Source: Antedon mediterranea (lineage: Eukaryota > Animalia > Echinodermata). From it: a stretch of 64,000 nt of DNA. Under the pieces are notes generated by a model, which was not told where the DNA came from, searched no databases, and saw only the letters and a list, made by a program, of their open reading frames with translations. A program made the translations under genes and the position numbers. Shown piece by piece: positions 37,273-52,139 of this stretch. Position 1 is the first letter of the stretch, and every line of letters starts with the position of its first letter. The stretch covers positions 326,422 to 390,421 of the forward strand of contig NC_092678.1 in assembly GCF_964355755.1 (NCBI RefSeq), in the 5' to 3' direction.

Positions 37273-40200
37273 AACGGAACTTAGACAGGACTTTGGGAAA
37301 CTATTTTGATGGTCAAACAAATAAAGTGATAGTTCAGCAATGTCATCGGATGTAATATCTATGGATCTACGTGACTTTCAAATGAAATTACATGTAGAAA
37401 GTGTACTTAGCGTTTTGTCTGAACCATTCATTGTTCCGCCGGTGTGTGTCCCATCGCCATCTTGGGTCTCATCACAGTACTTGTTCTTGGCAGCTTCAAA
37501 TAATATCTTCCTTGCTTTTAGTAGCTCATTGATAGTGAAATTAGTGCTTAGAAGTGACTTTATTGGAATACTAGTGAATTTTTGATGTCTATGATGATTT
37601 TCTGTATCCTTAGATCGATTTCTGTTAAGAAACTCAGAGAGCCTGTGTAACGCACGTCTACGTTCAAAGCCAGTGTTCGATAGCTACTTGAATAATTTCA
37701 TTTACACCAAACATGTGAAGTTGGTATACCATTTAAGAACTATATTTGTATTTAATTGTATTTAATGTTAACTGCAATTCTGCAATAGCAATTAGGCATA
37801 ATGTGTAGTAACATCGTACCTCTGAATAAAATTAACATAGTCCGTAATTTCACCATATTTTGAAAAATATTTTCGTAGGGTCTCATGGTAGATTTTTTAA
37901 AACTTGTACGAGATTTATATTTTTAAAATCGCCTCTCTTGATACTGCTCTTTTGACTTGTACTTTCAGTTTGTCAATGAAGTGTGCCCTCGTATGGTAAT
38001 CCTGGATGCATTTATCTACCATGCTTTCCTTTTTGAAACGTTACAAATACAAAACCTCTAGATCTTTGTATGTTAGTGTCTGATTCTGTGCAAATACCAC
38101 CTCTGTTCATGCAGTGATGACCACCTTTCATTAGTCTGAATGCGGATTGAGTTCCCTGGTAATTCTTTGTTACTTTTGTTACACTATAATTGCCACAGAT
38201 TCTGTGCCATCTGATTTTAGGCCCAATTGGGGTTGCCCATTCACTTTGTTTTACTTTGTGTACAGTATTACACTATTTTCTTCCAACTTATTTAACTCTT
38301 TCAACTTTCAATTTGTTAGCATAGGGGACAAACCTTGCTTTCACATAGACAGGGGTGACATTTTCTTTGATATTTCTTCCTTTCGTAGTAAAATCAGTGA
38401 TTTTATTTTTATTCTTGCCGTGTAGTCGCCATTTTTAGGGAATCAATTCCTTAGTAATATGGAATATACCTGAATTTGGGTGAAACTTCCTCTCACCTGA
38501 CGAGCAAAAATGCAGCACGTCTAATGGCGTTGCATGCTGGCTTAAAAAAACAATGCATATTGTCTACCATGGTTGATTTTTGGAAGTTAGCAAAACCAAG
38601 AAGCGAACCCACGCTTCTTTCCGGATATTTTCTCAAGTGGAATGTCCACAGACTAACCTTTCCGTAATTTGTCTCAATATTCTTTTAACTTTACTCTGTA
38701 ATTTCTTGCTGCAGAGGATGATCTTTTTGCAAGGCCTCTTTTTCACATAGACACGGGTGACATTTTCTTTGATATTTATGTGAGCAGCTCACGTTTTATA
38801 CCTTCATATGAATCTTCAAATATGTTGCCATATTTGTCAAGTAACACATTTAACTGTTACTTTTGTTACACTATAATTGCCACAGATTCTAACTGTGCCA
38901 TCTGATTTTAGGCCCAATTGGGGTTGCCCATTCACTTTGTTTTACTTTGTGTACAGTATTACAGTGAGAGCACAGTTTAACATTACTTACCGGTATTGTA
39001 TGGTGTACCACCTCTGTTAATGTACTGCTGATTACCTGTCATTGGTCCGAATCTACAGAAGTCCTACATATTTATAGTGATAGAGGGTTACTTACCGGTA
39101 TTATATGGTGTACCACCTCTGTTATTTTGATGCATGTGAGACTGAAATTACTCGCATGCGTTTTGGAGGAGTCTAGTTGCTAACAATCTGTGAAACCAGA
39201 GCAAAACATAAAATAAATTACAAGCCAACAACTGTTTATGTCTATTCAGACGGATAAAATATTAATTGAAATCATTGTGTAATCTTTGTATTAACTAACA
39301 ATATAGCGAAAGCTAAAATATTTTGCTATGCTAAAACTACAATCTGCAAAGACAGTAATTCTCCTAAAATCTTGATTTAGGTACATTATTTTTTTCTAGA
39401 GAATTGTTCCTTACATCATAATCGATCTCTGTGTATCGCCTCCAGCCATATCGCCTCCAGCCATATTCCCTGCAGTCATATTCCCTGTAGCCACACCACT
39501 ACCACCTCCAGTAACGGCCACACCACGTTCATTGTTTCCATATTGACCTGCTAAAGAAAACAAGATAATGAATTTTAAGAATGTATTCAGGGCCGTATCC
39601 AGGTTTGACGGTGGGGTGGATAAGTTGTTTAGTGGAACCATACCCTCGAATTTTTTTTTTTTTTATGTGGCTGCAAATCGCATTTTCGGCTATTCTCTTA
39701 TGTAACTATATAATTTGGTGTAATTTCCAGCCCACGAATTTCAATTGCCGACCTTAAATTGTCAGAGAACGGCATTCTCTTGCCGACGACTAGGCTAGAT
39801 CCCTCCTCCTTTCAAGTCTCCTAGCAACCACATGGTACATTAAGGGATCGTATCATTGAGACTTTAACAGGCATATTCACCATCATGTGGTGTTTAGGTA
39901 ACAAACCATGGAATTAAGATGATCCCAGAATTCACTCAACCATTGCATCATGCACTTGCGTGAGCTGCATGCTTTCTCTATCAAGCTGGCTTGGCACGTC
40001 ACACGCACGCGGAGACCTGTGTAGGGGAATACCCTATGTCAAGCAAACAACTATGCTCTGTGTACGGCTAGCTCCAGAACCACGATGTTTAGTAGTTATC
40101 AAATAGAATTTATCTTTTTAGTTATTTTAGTGTTAGGTTTTTATATTTCAGTTAAAATATATTTTATATTCTTTTTGCATAATATATAGCTAGGGAGGCT

Positions 40201-43200
40201 TAGCTTAGCAAGAAGTTAGGCCTTGGTAAAATTTCTATTTTTAGAACTGCCGAGACTGCCGACTTTGGCGAATTCTTTTTTCTGAATTTCGTGAGCTGAA
40301 TTTCTTCACTATTTATAGAGCGTCATATGCCATTTTTGAAGAATGTGACCGCCAGACATCCGGACAAAGTATTGAAATAAAAAAAAACAAAATTTATTTT
40401 GGCGTACCACGACACACTCACACACACCCACCACAGTTGATACAGAAACTCCCTGCTATTATCGTTAAAAAGAGCCTGTTGACATTTGGGCTTTACTTGT
40501 TGAAATGTGTTCAGATATGGCGTCGATACCGATAAGCGTAACGGTAACTTGTTTTGCCGGTTTATGTTTCGGTTAACTACGGAACTTAGACAGGACTTTG
40601 GGAAACTATTTTGATGGTCAAACAAATAAAGTGATAGTTCAGCAATGTCATCGGATGTAATATCTATGGATCTACGTGACTTTCAAATGAAATTACATGT
40701 AGAAAGTGTACTTAGCGTTTTGTCTGAACCATTCATTGTTCCGCCGGTGCGTGTCCCATCGCCATCTTGGGTCTCATCACAGCACTTGTTCTTGGCAGCT
40801 TCATATAATATCTTCTTTGCTTTTAGTAGCTCATTGATAGTGAAATTAGTGCTTAGAAGTGACTTTATTGGAATACTAGTGAATTTTTGATGTCTATGAT
40901 GATTTTCTGTATCCTTAGATCGATTTCTGTTAAGAAACTCAGAGAGCCTGTGTAACGCACGTCTTCGTTCAAAGCCAGTGTTCGATAGCTACTTGAATAA
41001 TTTCATTTACACCAAACATGTGAAGTTGGTATACCATTTAAGAACTATATTTGTATTTAATTGTATTTAATGTTAACTGCAATTCTGCAATAGCAATTAG
41101 GCATAATGTGTAGTAACATTGTACCTCTGAAAAAAATTAACATAGTCCGTAATTTCACCATATTTTGAAAAATATTTTCGTAGGGTCTCATGGTAGATTT
41201 TTTAAAACTTGTACGAGATTTATATTTTTAAAATCGCCTCTCTTGATACTGCTCTTTTGACTTGTACTTTCCGTTTGTCAATGAAGTGTGCCCTCGTATG
41301 GTAATCCTGGATGCATTTATCTACCATGCTTTCCTTTTTGAAACGTTACAAATACAAAACCTCTAGATCTTTGTATGTTAGTGTCTGATTCTGTGCAAAT
41401 ACCACCTCTGTTCATGCAGTGATGACCACCTTTCATTAGTCTGAATGCGGATTGAGTTCCCTGGTAATTCTTTGTTACTTTTGTTACACTATAATTGCCA
41501 CAGATTCTGTGCCATCTGATTTTAGGCCCAATTGGGGTTGCCCATTCACTTTGTTTTACTTTGTGTACAGTATTACACTATTTTCTTCCAACTTATTTAA
41601 CTCTTTCAACTTTCAATTTGTTAGCATAGGGGACAAACCTTGCTTTCACATAGACAGGGGTGACATTTTCTTTGATATTTCTTCCTTTCGTAGTAAAATC
41701 AGTGATTTTATTTTTATTCTTGCCGTGTAGTCGCCATTTTTAGGGAATCAATTCCTTAGTAATATGGAATATACCTGAATTTGGGTGAAACTTCCTCTCA
41801 CCTGACGAGCAAAAATGCAGCACGTCTAATGGCGTTGCATGCTGGCTTAAAAAAACAATGCATATTGTCTACCATGGTTGATTTTTGGAAGTTAGCAAAA
41901 CCAAGAAGCGAACCCACGCTTCTTTCCGGATATTTTCTCAAGTGGAATGTCCACAGACTAACCTTTCCGTAATTTGTCTCAATATTCTTTTAACTTTACT
42001 CTGTAATTTCTTGCTGCAGAGGATGATCTTTTTGCAAGGCCTCTTTTTCACATAGACACGGGTGACATTTTCTTTGATATTTATGTGAGCAGCTCACGTT
42101 TTATACCTTCATATGAATCTTCAAATATGTTGCCATATTTGTCAAGTAACACATTTAACTGTTACTTTTGTTACACTATAATTGCCACAGATTCTAACTG
42201 TTCCATCTGATTTTAGGCCCAATTGGGGTTGCCCATTCACTTTGTTTTACTTTGTGTACAGTATTACAGTGAGAGCACAGTTTAACATTACTTACCGGTA
42301 TTGTATGGTGTACCACCTCTGTTAATGTACTGCTGATTACCTGTCATTGGTCCGAATCTACAGAAGTCCTACATATTTATAGTGATAGAGGGTTACTTAC
42401 CGGTATTATGGTGTACCACCTCTGTTATTTTGATGCATGTGAGACTGAAATTACTCGCATGCGTTTTGGAGGAGTCTAGTTGCTAACAATCTGTGAAACC
42501 AGAGCAAAACATAAAATAAATTACAAGCCAACAACTGTTTATGTCTATTCAGACGGATAAAATATTAATTGAAATCATTGTGTAATCTTTGTATTAACTA
42601 ACAATATAGCGAAAGCTAAAATATTTTGCTATGCTAAAACTACAATCTGCAAAGACAGTAATTCTCCTAAAATCTTGATTTAGGTACATTATTTTTTTCT
42701 AGAGAATTGTTCCTTACATCATAATCGATCTCTGTGTATCGCCTCCAGCCATATTCCCTGCAGTCATATTCCCTGTAGCCACACCACTACCACCTCCAGT
42801 AACGGCCACACCACGTTCATTGTTTCCATATTGACCTGCTAAAGAAAACAAGATAATGAATTTTAAGAATGTATTCAGGGCCGTATCCAGGTTTGACGGT
42901 GGGGTGGATAAGTTGTTTAGTGGAACCATACCCTCGAATTTTTTTTTTTTTTATGTGGCTGCAAATCGCATTTTCGGCTATTCTCTTATGTAACTATATA
43001 ATTTGGTGTAATTTCCAGCCCACGAATTTCAATTGCCGACCTTAAATTGTCAGAGAACGGCATTCTCTTGCCGACGACTAGGCTAGATCCCTCCTCCTTT
43101 CAAGTCTCCTAGCAACCACATGGTACATTAAGGGATCGTATCATTGAGACTTTAACAGGCATATTCACCATCATGTGGTGTTTAGGTAACAAACCATGGA

Positions 43201-44338
43201 ATTAAGATGATCCCAGAATTCACTCAACCATTGCATCATGCACTTGCGTGAGCTGCATGCTTTCTCTATCAAGCTGGCTTGGCACGTCACACGCACGCGG
43301 AGACCTGTGTAGGGGAATACCCTATGTCAAGCAAACAACTATGCTCTGTGTACGGCTAGCTCCAGAACCACGATGTTTAGTAGTTATCAAATAGAATTTA
43401 TCTTTTTAGTTATTTTAGTGTTAGGTTTTTATATTTCAGTTAAAATATATTTTATATTCTTTTTGCATAATATATAGCTAGGGAGGCTTAGCTTAGCAAG
43501 AAGTTAGGCCTTGGTGAAATTTCTATTTTTAGAACTGCCGAGACTGCCGACTTTGGCGAATTCTTTTTTCTGAATTTCGTGAGCTGAATTTCTTCACTAT
43601 TTATAGAGCGCCATATGCCATTTTTGAAGAATGTGACCGCCAGACATCCGGACAAAAGTATTGAAATAAAAAAAAACAAAATTTATTTTGGCGTACCACG
43701 ACACACTCACACACACCCACCACAGTTGATACAGAAACTCCCTGCTATTATCGTTAAAAAGAGCCTGTTGACATTTGGGCTTTACTTGTTGAAATGTGTT
43801 CAGATATGGCGTCGATACCGATAAGCGTAACGGTAACTTGTTTTGCCGGTTTATGTTTCGGTTAACTACGGAACTTAGACAGGACTTTGGGAAACTATTT
43901 TGATGGTCAAACAAATAAAGTGATAGTTCAGCAATGTCATCGGATGTAATATCTATGGATCTACGTGACTTTCAAATGAAATTACATGTAGAAAGTGTAC
44001 TTAGCGTTTTGTCTGAACCATTCATTGTTCCGCCGGTGTGTGTCCCATCGCCATCTTGGGTCTCATCACAGCACTTGTTCTTGGCAGCTTCAAATAATAT
44101 CTTCCTTGCTTTTAGTAGCTCATTGATAGTGAAATTAGTGCTTAGAAGTGACTTTATTGGAATACTAGTGAATTTTTGATGTCTATGATAATTTTCTGTA
44201 TCCTTAGATCGATTTCTGTTAAGAAACTCAGAGAGCCTGTGTAACGCACGTCTTTGTTCAAAGCCAGTGTTCGATAGCTACTTGAATAATTTCATTTACA
44301 CCAAACATGTGAAGTTGGTATACCATTTAAGAACTATA
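37273..44338. repeat. 3.3 kb tandem unit, two full and one partial copy
   Basis: Marker ORF at 37340, 40645 and 43934. Confidence 0.92.
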
Positions 44339-47300
44339 CAGTATTAGTAAAATGACGCAAAGTAGAAATAGAAAGCCTGATGTCCGTGAAACCAAACTCT
44401 TAGAATTGGTCCACACCGATTTGGCTGGCCCAATTAACCCAGTCTCTAGAGAGGGATTTAAGTATGCCATATCATTCACAGATGATTATTCAGGAGCTGT
44501 GTTTGTATACTTCTTGAAAAATAAAAGTGACACTATATCTGCCACAGAAAGGTTTCTGGCAGACTCTTCCCCACTGGGAAATGTAAAGTGTATTAGATCA
44601 GATAATGGTTCTGAGTTCACTTCAAAGGAGTTCAACTCACTCCTTACAAAGAATCGTATAAGACACGATACTTCTGCACCCTACTCCCCTCACCAAAATG
44701 GGACTGCCGAACGAAACTGGCGAACATTATTTGAGATGGGTAGATGTTTGATTGCACAGTCAAATTTAGGCAAAGAATTTTGGCCATATGCAATTCTAGC
44801 TGCGGCATATATACGTAATCGATGTTTTAACAATCGTGTGCAACAAACTCCATATTTTATGATGACGGGTCGAAAACCCAATTTATCCAACATGGGAGTA
44901 TTTGGATCTGAATGTTATGCATACAAGCAAGACAAAAGTAAATTAGATGATCGTTGTATTAAGGGTATATTTGTTGGATATGATAAGTACAGCCCGGCTT
45001 ATTTAGTATATTTCCCTGAGAGTGGAAAGATAATGAAATATAGAATTGTTAAACTTAACACAAATAAGAGTGTCGAGCAACAGATCCAAACAGAAACCGA
45101 TGATGACGATTACATTCCATTAGATTCCAATAAGGGTAAAACAGATAATTCATCTGAAATTGATAGGATACAGGAGACTGCTGATCCATCCAATCTAGAA
45201 CCCCAACCTAACGACCAAAGGGTAATTAATGAATCGGGTAACGAAAATGTAAGGTATCCAAGACGGGAGAGAAAACCTCCATCGTATCTTGAGGATTATG
45301 CTACCGATTTAGAGGACAATAATGACCAATTATTATCCAGTATTGATTATTGCTACAAAATTTCAGAGTTTCCTCAAACTTTTAGGGAAGCTATTAATTC
45401 ACCAGAGTCCAAGTATTGGCAAACTGCAATGGCAGACGAAATGAAATCCCTCATTGCTTTGCTCACTCCTTAAGATGATAACATTCTTCTATGTGAATCA
45501 CTCTTCCATATTTATTCCTACTGTGTAGATGTGTACTTTGTATAGTTTATTACAATAAAGTTATTATAGTTCTAGATCGTAGGCTACAAACAATACATCG
45601 TAGGAGAGAACAATGACCTACGTTCTACCTACGATCTACCTACGCGTAGATGCGAAGCAGTAATTTCTTGCTGTACTGTAAAGACACACTGGAAGGCTTA
45701 CTGTGGATTGATAACTTTAGACAAATACAATTAGATCAAATCATGAGACAAAAGGAAGATAACGAATGAAGTTAATGAATGGAATAAGAAAATGTTGCAT
45801 GAAACCTGTACGAATATTATATGCATTCAAGCAGAAGATATTGTAGTTAACAGCAAGAAAGAACACGTTAAGTGCGAAACACCTCGGAAATCACGTAAAA
45901 CTAATTTATTAAATTATTTGTGGATTGCACAAATGGATGTATGGGATATGTTGAAGAAATAACCAAGCATTATCAAACAAAAAACCAATATCTATTAAAG
46001 TGAATTTTGACAACAATGAAATTGGTATTCAGTTAATTGAAATGTTTCAAGCTATTGGCAAAAAATACAGCCGAAAGCAATTTCCTCTCAAATTAGCTTA
46101 TGCATGTACAGTTCATAAAGTGCAAGAAATAACAATGAATAAAAGGCATCAGTTAGCTTTAAAAATACTTTTGTGCCTGGACAAGCATACGTACAAATGA
46201 TGAGACGTTGAGACAGTATTTCTCCAAATATGGGGAAATTATTGATTATTTCATAGCAAGATATCCGCATACAAAAAAAAAGGTATGCAAGTAGGTCATG
46301 TATGTAAGTAGGTCATGTATTTAAGTAGGTCATGTATTTAAGTTCTATGTATGTATGTAGGTATGTATGTAGGTATGTCCTAGAGGTCTCCTCAGAAAAG
46401 GCAATTGCGTCATCTAACTACGAAATAATATTACTACTACTTGACATGACCAGTGCATTTGACACTGTGCGGAGGAATACTCTATTCGACATACTATTCT
46501 GGTTTCACAGATCTTTGGCAACTAAAGTTACTCGAATTCGAGGGATGCTTGTGAGCTACTAGTCCATGGTCCAGTTTTTTGCGAAAGCAGTATTAAATTG
46601 GTGGCAAATGTTATAAAATATGACACATGCATACCTTCAAAACTGGTGGTAGCATGGTGATGTAAATGAGAGAAGAGCAGTGAAATGAGATGTGTGAATA
46701 TAATCAAAAAATAAATTTGTATTTTAGGCCGTGGGCTGAAAACAGAGTGGCTTAGTTTTTTAGTTTCGTTGTCACTCTCTGTCAACTTAAAAGTATGGGG
46801 AGATCACAGATTTTGTAATTATCAAATATCCACATACCAACAAAAGCAAGTATATAAATGATATGTGTGAATATAATCAGAAATAAATTTGTATTTGCAC
46901 AGAATCAGACACCAACATACAAAGATCTAGAGGTTTTGTGTTTGTAAAGTTTCAAATAAGTAAGCATGGTTGATAAATGCATTGAAGATCGCATGCTAAT
47001 TCCAGAAATCGACAAATATGTGCATACTGTAGGTGTTTCTGGAGAGAAATGCTGACGTTTATGTTAAGACAGTATTGACATTTTGAGACAAGCCAGCTAA
47101 GGCCCAAACAGCTTTGAAAGGCGAAACAAAATGAAGCCAGATATCCAAGAGCAGCTATTAAAGAATGATATTTACATGGATGACATATGTACCCGAGTCG
47201 GTTAGAACGGAAGAAGAGGCAAAAATCGCCTGTCAAATAAAGAAAGACTTACAAGGACAAGTAGACACTAACACAATAACAAACCATCCTGCCATAAACA

Positions 47301-49327
47301 GAAAAAAATGGGAACAAATTGTGGAAAGAGTAATGTCGGAAGACGGAAAACGTTAACAGAGGTCTCCACTAAAGGGCACTTAAGACGAGTTAACCTTAAT
47401 AGTCTTCTGTGATGCCTATGGTTATGTGCATATGCAAGATGGAAATTAAATAATGGGACATATATATATAAGACAAGATTAAATAACAATTTTTAAATTT
47501 TTTCCAAACTACTTTATAAACGATGCATAAACCTATTCTCATCGTCCTAATGTACTATAAATTTTGATCTTGCTGACTAATTGTCGTAATCCATAACATG
47601 CAATAAAACGCTCAAGAGGGTGCGAGTTTGTTACCTTAAAGAGTAGTATGGTTGATTGATAAATGCATGGAGTCAAAATGGAGTCAAATAATAAATAGTA
47701 TTTTGATCTGGCTGACTGATTGCCGTATCAGTCGCACCCATATAAAACGCTCAACTGGTGGTTACTATGACTATATAAGATGATGATAAAACGCTAAAGA
47801 GGGAGGGTTTGTAAAGAGTAGTATGGTTGATGCATGGAGTATCTCGGCGGTAATGTTCCCATTAGCTGATTCATTAATGAGATTATATAATTTCCAGTCG
47901 AAAAGTTGCCTCATATCCTTCAACAAGTTTCAGTCAAAAAGTTCATTGCTGCATTTAACTTTTTGAGGTATGTGGCTTCCTGGCGCAAAGACAAATAGTT
48001 TTGATTTATCTATGGTGGTAATGTAGTCGAGACCTTGATTTTGAAGACCGGAGAATGCAAGTCGCAAATTTCATTGAATTTGGAATTAAAATAAAAAAGT
48101 GCCTGTTCACAATCCTTGGCAGAAGTTCCAGAGTGTGATAGCTAGATCAGACTGAAACCGTTCAAGATCAAAATGTCTGAAAGATTTGCCTTTCACTATG
48201 ATAGGTGTTCTCTGGAAGTCTTGCGCACAGTTAGGACACAGTCATGATCACTGATGGTAGATTGATCCAGGCAGATAGCAGAAGTAGAAGTGATTCTGGT
48301 TGGTTGATTTATCAGGCAATGCAGATTATACTGGTTAGTGAGCTGGTTGAATTTATACCACAATTGGCCATTTTTGTCAAATGTGTTACAGTTAAAATCA
48401 CCCAAACATATGATGACTTCGTAAAATTAGGAAAAAATATTGTCAAGTGAAGTTTCCATGAAATCAAAAAAAGCAATTGTGTTATCATGAGGATGATACA
48501 CTACTCCAACCGCAAAAGGATTGAAATAGCCACTTCACTATCATCAATAAAATCACTAAGCCATGTTTCACTTATGGTCATAATGTTGTTCTGCTGCATT
48601 AGAATTGTAAGCTCGTCTACTTTGTGATAAAGCGGATCGCATGTTCAGGTGGGCTATGCAAATTCCTTTGTGGGATTGCGAGCGATTAGTCAATGTTTCA
48701 AAATCATTAACAACGCCAGTAGAATTACTAACTGCTTGCTCGTCTTTAGCTAGACCCGGATTAAATTCAATATCACCAGATAGAGTCAGATGCAATGTGC
48801 CATAATATGCCGTTTGTTTTTTGCTTCTATACTTGCGTTTTTATAGTTACATATATATCTGTATAGTCAAGGTATCCAAAGTACATGGCACTAGCTACGC
48901 AGACTAGTGTAGAATTGTGAAAAATGTAATACAGTATAATAATATACCGGGAAAAAATCCGTATAAAACAATACATTAGGACGATGACAATATGTTTATT
49001 ATAAACATGGTGTGCGCATGCAAGATTTATATCTTTAAAAATCACCTCTCGTGAGAATGCTCTTCTCGCTGATCAATTTTGTGACCAGTAGATTGGAAAT
49101 CTTCAATGCATTTATCAACCATAATACTCTTTTTAATTTAGCAAACCCAAACCCTCTTAAGTACTTAAAAAAATTCAAAATCTAACATAGCCTAATCTTC
49201 TGAACAACAACACAACAACTTACTGCAGATTTTGTCAAAAACCTTTTTTTGCTCAAATGTTAAAAAAGCGAATCCACACTTCTTGCCCAATTTCTGCTCC
49301 GGTGGAATGTATACAGATTTGATTTTT

Positions 49328-49497
49328 CCACTCTTCTTGATAACATTTTCTCAAACAGTCTAGACTCTTCAATGAGCGGCATTGTCATTAGTGACGCAAC
49401 TGATCACCTTCCCGTTTTCACTGTGAACATTACTAATTCAAGTAAGTCTACAGACAAAGTGAAGCGTAAATTTAGAAAATTTAATGAAAACAATATT
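49328..49497 (+). mobile_element. LINE endonuclease C-terminal fragment (copy ~63505-63677)
   Basis: SSATLLDNIFSN..GIVISDATDHLPVF. Confidence 0.8.
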
Positions 49498-49962
49498 CCC
49501 CTACACAGGTCTCCGCGTGCGTGTGACGTGCCAAGCCAGCTTGATAGAGAAAGCATGCAGCTCACGCAAGTGCATGATGCAATGGTTGAGTGAATTCTGG
49601 GATCATCTTAATTCCATGGTTTGTTACCTAAACACCACATGATGGTGAATATGCCTGTTAAAGTCTCAATGATACGATCCCTTAATGTACCATGTTGTTG
49701 CTAGGAGGCTTGAAAGGAGGAGGGATCTAGCCTAGTCGTCGGCAAGAGAATGCCGTTCTCTGACAATTTAAGGTCGGCAATTGAAATTCGTGGGCTGGAA
49801 ATTACACCAAATTATATAGTTACATAAGAGAATAGCCGAAAATGCGATTTGCAGCCACATAACAAACAAAAAATTCAAGGGTATGGTTCCACTAAACAAC
49901 TTATCCACCCCACCGTCAAACCTGGATACGGCCCTGAATACATTATCCTGTTTTCTTTAGCA

Positions 49963-50653
49963 GGTCAATATGGAAACAATGAACGTGGTGTGGCCGTTAC
50001 TGGAGGTGGTAGTGGTGTGGCTACAGGGAATATGACTGCAGGGAATATGGCTGGAGGCAATATGGCTGGAGGCGATATGGCTGGAGGCGATACACAGAGA
50101 TCGATTATGATGTAAGGAACAATTCTCTAGAAAAAAATAATGTACCTAAATCAAGATTTTAGGAGAATTACTGTCTTTGCAGATTGTAGTTTTAGCATAG
50201 CAAAATATTTTAGCTTTCGCTAAATTGTTAGTTAGACTCCTCCAAAACGCATGTGAGTAATTTTAGTCTCTATCCCACCAAAGTATCAGGACACGATTTT
50301 AGACACTTACTGAACTTACTCACATGCATCAAAATAACAGAGGTGGTACACCATATAATACCGGTAAGTAACCCTCTATCACTGTTTAATGTTCAGGGAA
50401 TGCTGGTATGTCTTGTGGAGGCGGTGGTGCAAACGTCAGTAATTTTGGATTCGGACCAATGACAGGTAATCAGCAGTACATTAACAGAGGTGGTACACCA
50501 TACAATACCGGTAAGTAATGTTAAACTGTGCTCTCACTGTAATACTGTACACAAAGTAAAACAAAGTGAATGGGCAACCCCAATTGGGCCTAAAATCTCT
50601 GTAGATCTTGGATTTAGACTTTTGGTTGCTTTATATAGACAATCATGGTAGGC
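49963..50653 (+). pseudogene. hnRNP Gly-rich exon, intact PY-NLS exon (50397-50510) and 5'UTR/ATG fragment; largely an inverted copy of ~7920-9050
   Basis: ttcag|GNAGMSCGGGGANVSNFGFGPMTGNQQYINRGGTPYNT|gtaagt, 114 nt. ATGGTAGGC at 50645. Confidence 0.8.
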
Positions 50654-50762
50654 ACACAGGTCTATAAGCTTCATATCTTTTTACATCAGCTGAGTTTTAG
50701 GCTCTCGTATTTATTGGTACTATTTACTGATCTCTTCAAACGAACTGTCGAAGCTAGCCCTA

Positions 50763-51596
50763 ATGGCCGCAAACACGAAGGAAACTCCCGCCGCGACGGG
50801 CACAACAACAAGACAATCAAAACAAACCCGTCTGTCAATGTCGGAAGTTATGAATAGTCCAGATATGGTTCTATTCATTGAAGATATCATTAAAAAGGCG
50901 TTCCAGGGACCAACGATTGCTGATATTATTGGTAAGCTAGTACTGGATTCTTTCTCAAGTAAGAAATTCATGGAGTTATTTAATAGAAGTATCATGGTTA
51001 CCATGGAAACTACCTTAAACAGAATTGATAAGTTAGAAGGCGAATACTACGATCTTGAAAACAAAATTTCAAATATTGAATCTGAGTCGGAATCTATTAG
51101 TTCTTATGTAGACGAAATAAAAACTGTAATACATAAGCAAAATGAATTAATAGATGACCTTGAGCAATACTCTCGACGAAACAGCGTCAGAGTTTTTGGA
51201 ATTCCAGAAACCGATAAAGAAAGCACTGACGAAATCATATGCAAATTAGCCAGCAGTAAGCTTGGAGTCGATGTAAACAAACTTGACATCGATCGATCAC
51301 ACCGTACTGGACCACGGAACTCAACTTCACGGCGACCTAGACCCATTCTAGTCAAGTTTACCTCATACAGGACCAGGAAAAGTGTTTTAATATCACGTAG
51401 GAAACTGAAAGGTAGTGGAGTATCTATACAAGAGGATCTGACTCAAGCTAAACGCAATCTACTTGCCCAAGTTAAACAGAACTCTAAATCAAACAACGTT
51501 TGGTCAATTGATGGGCGTGTATTTGCATCTGTAAACAAGAATGGCCGTGAAGTGGTGGTCAACATATCTTGCCAAGACGACATTAAGAAACTCTAA
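50763..51596 (+). CDS. LINE (CR1/L2-type) ORF1, intact 277 aa
   Basis: Coiled coil, EQYSRRNSVRVFGIPE, IDRSHRTG, PRPILVKF, IQEDLT. Confidence 0.9.
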   Translation: MAANTKETPAATGTTTRQSKQTRLSMSEVMNSPDMVLFIEDIIKKAFQGPTIADIIGKLVLDSFSSKKFMELFNRSIMVTMETTLNRIDKLEGEYYDLENKISNIESESESISSYVDEIKTVIHKQNELIDDLEQYSRRNSVRVFGIPETDKESTDEIICKLASSKLGVDVNKLDIDRSHRTGPRNSTSRRPRPILVKFTSYRTRKSVLISRRKLKGSGVSIQEDLTQAKRNLLAQVKQNSKSNNVWSIDGRVFASVNKNGREVVVNISCQDDIKKL

Positions 51597-52139
51597 GTTG
51601 TTTTCGTTGTTTGTTTTTTCTCATTAATACACGTTTATAAAGTGATGTAATTTATTGTTCCATTAATACTCATTGTTTATATTTATCATACTTTTGGGGT
51701 TTTTTTGGGATATTATTGGAGATTATTTATCTACTTCATTTGATATTATAAAATGAATGCTATGTTTGTATTTTCAGATACGAATGAATATCAGCTTTCG
51801 AAAATAATCAATTATGCAAGTAATCGAATTACAAATAATGCATTAATACATATTTACAATATTTTAATTTAAACTTAGATAATCAACTCAATTATTATTG
51901 ATACAATTTTACCCAACAGCACCATACTGCTGTATAACCTATTTCATGTGATATAATGTGTATATATGTATATATAAGAGAAAAGTTGCTATTTTCAAAT
52001 GTTGTTTTTTAAAGTTACTCACTTCTTAATGTTGATAGTTAATAGACTTGTGAGTTATGTTATGTACTGTAATTCAAGCTCTAAGCTTTTAGTTTTTTTA
52101 TTATTCAAATCTAACTATTTTTATTTGTTTGTTAATAAT

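Larger units (their letters stand above)
30806..49330 (+). repeat. Segmental duplication of 1-14989 plus 19396-19593
   Basis: Near-identical ORF series at offset 30983, then 34272. It lacks the Sola element and has an extra 3.3 kb unit. Confidence 0.96.
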
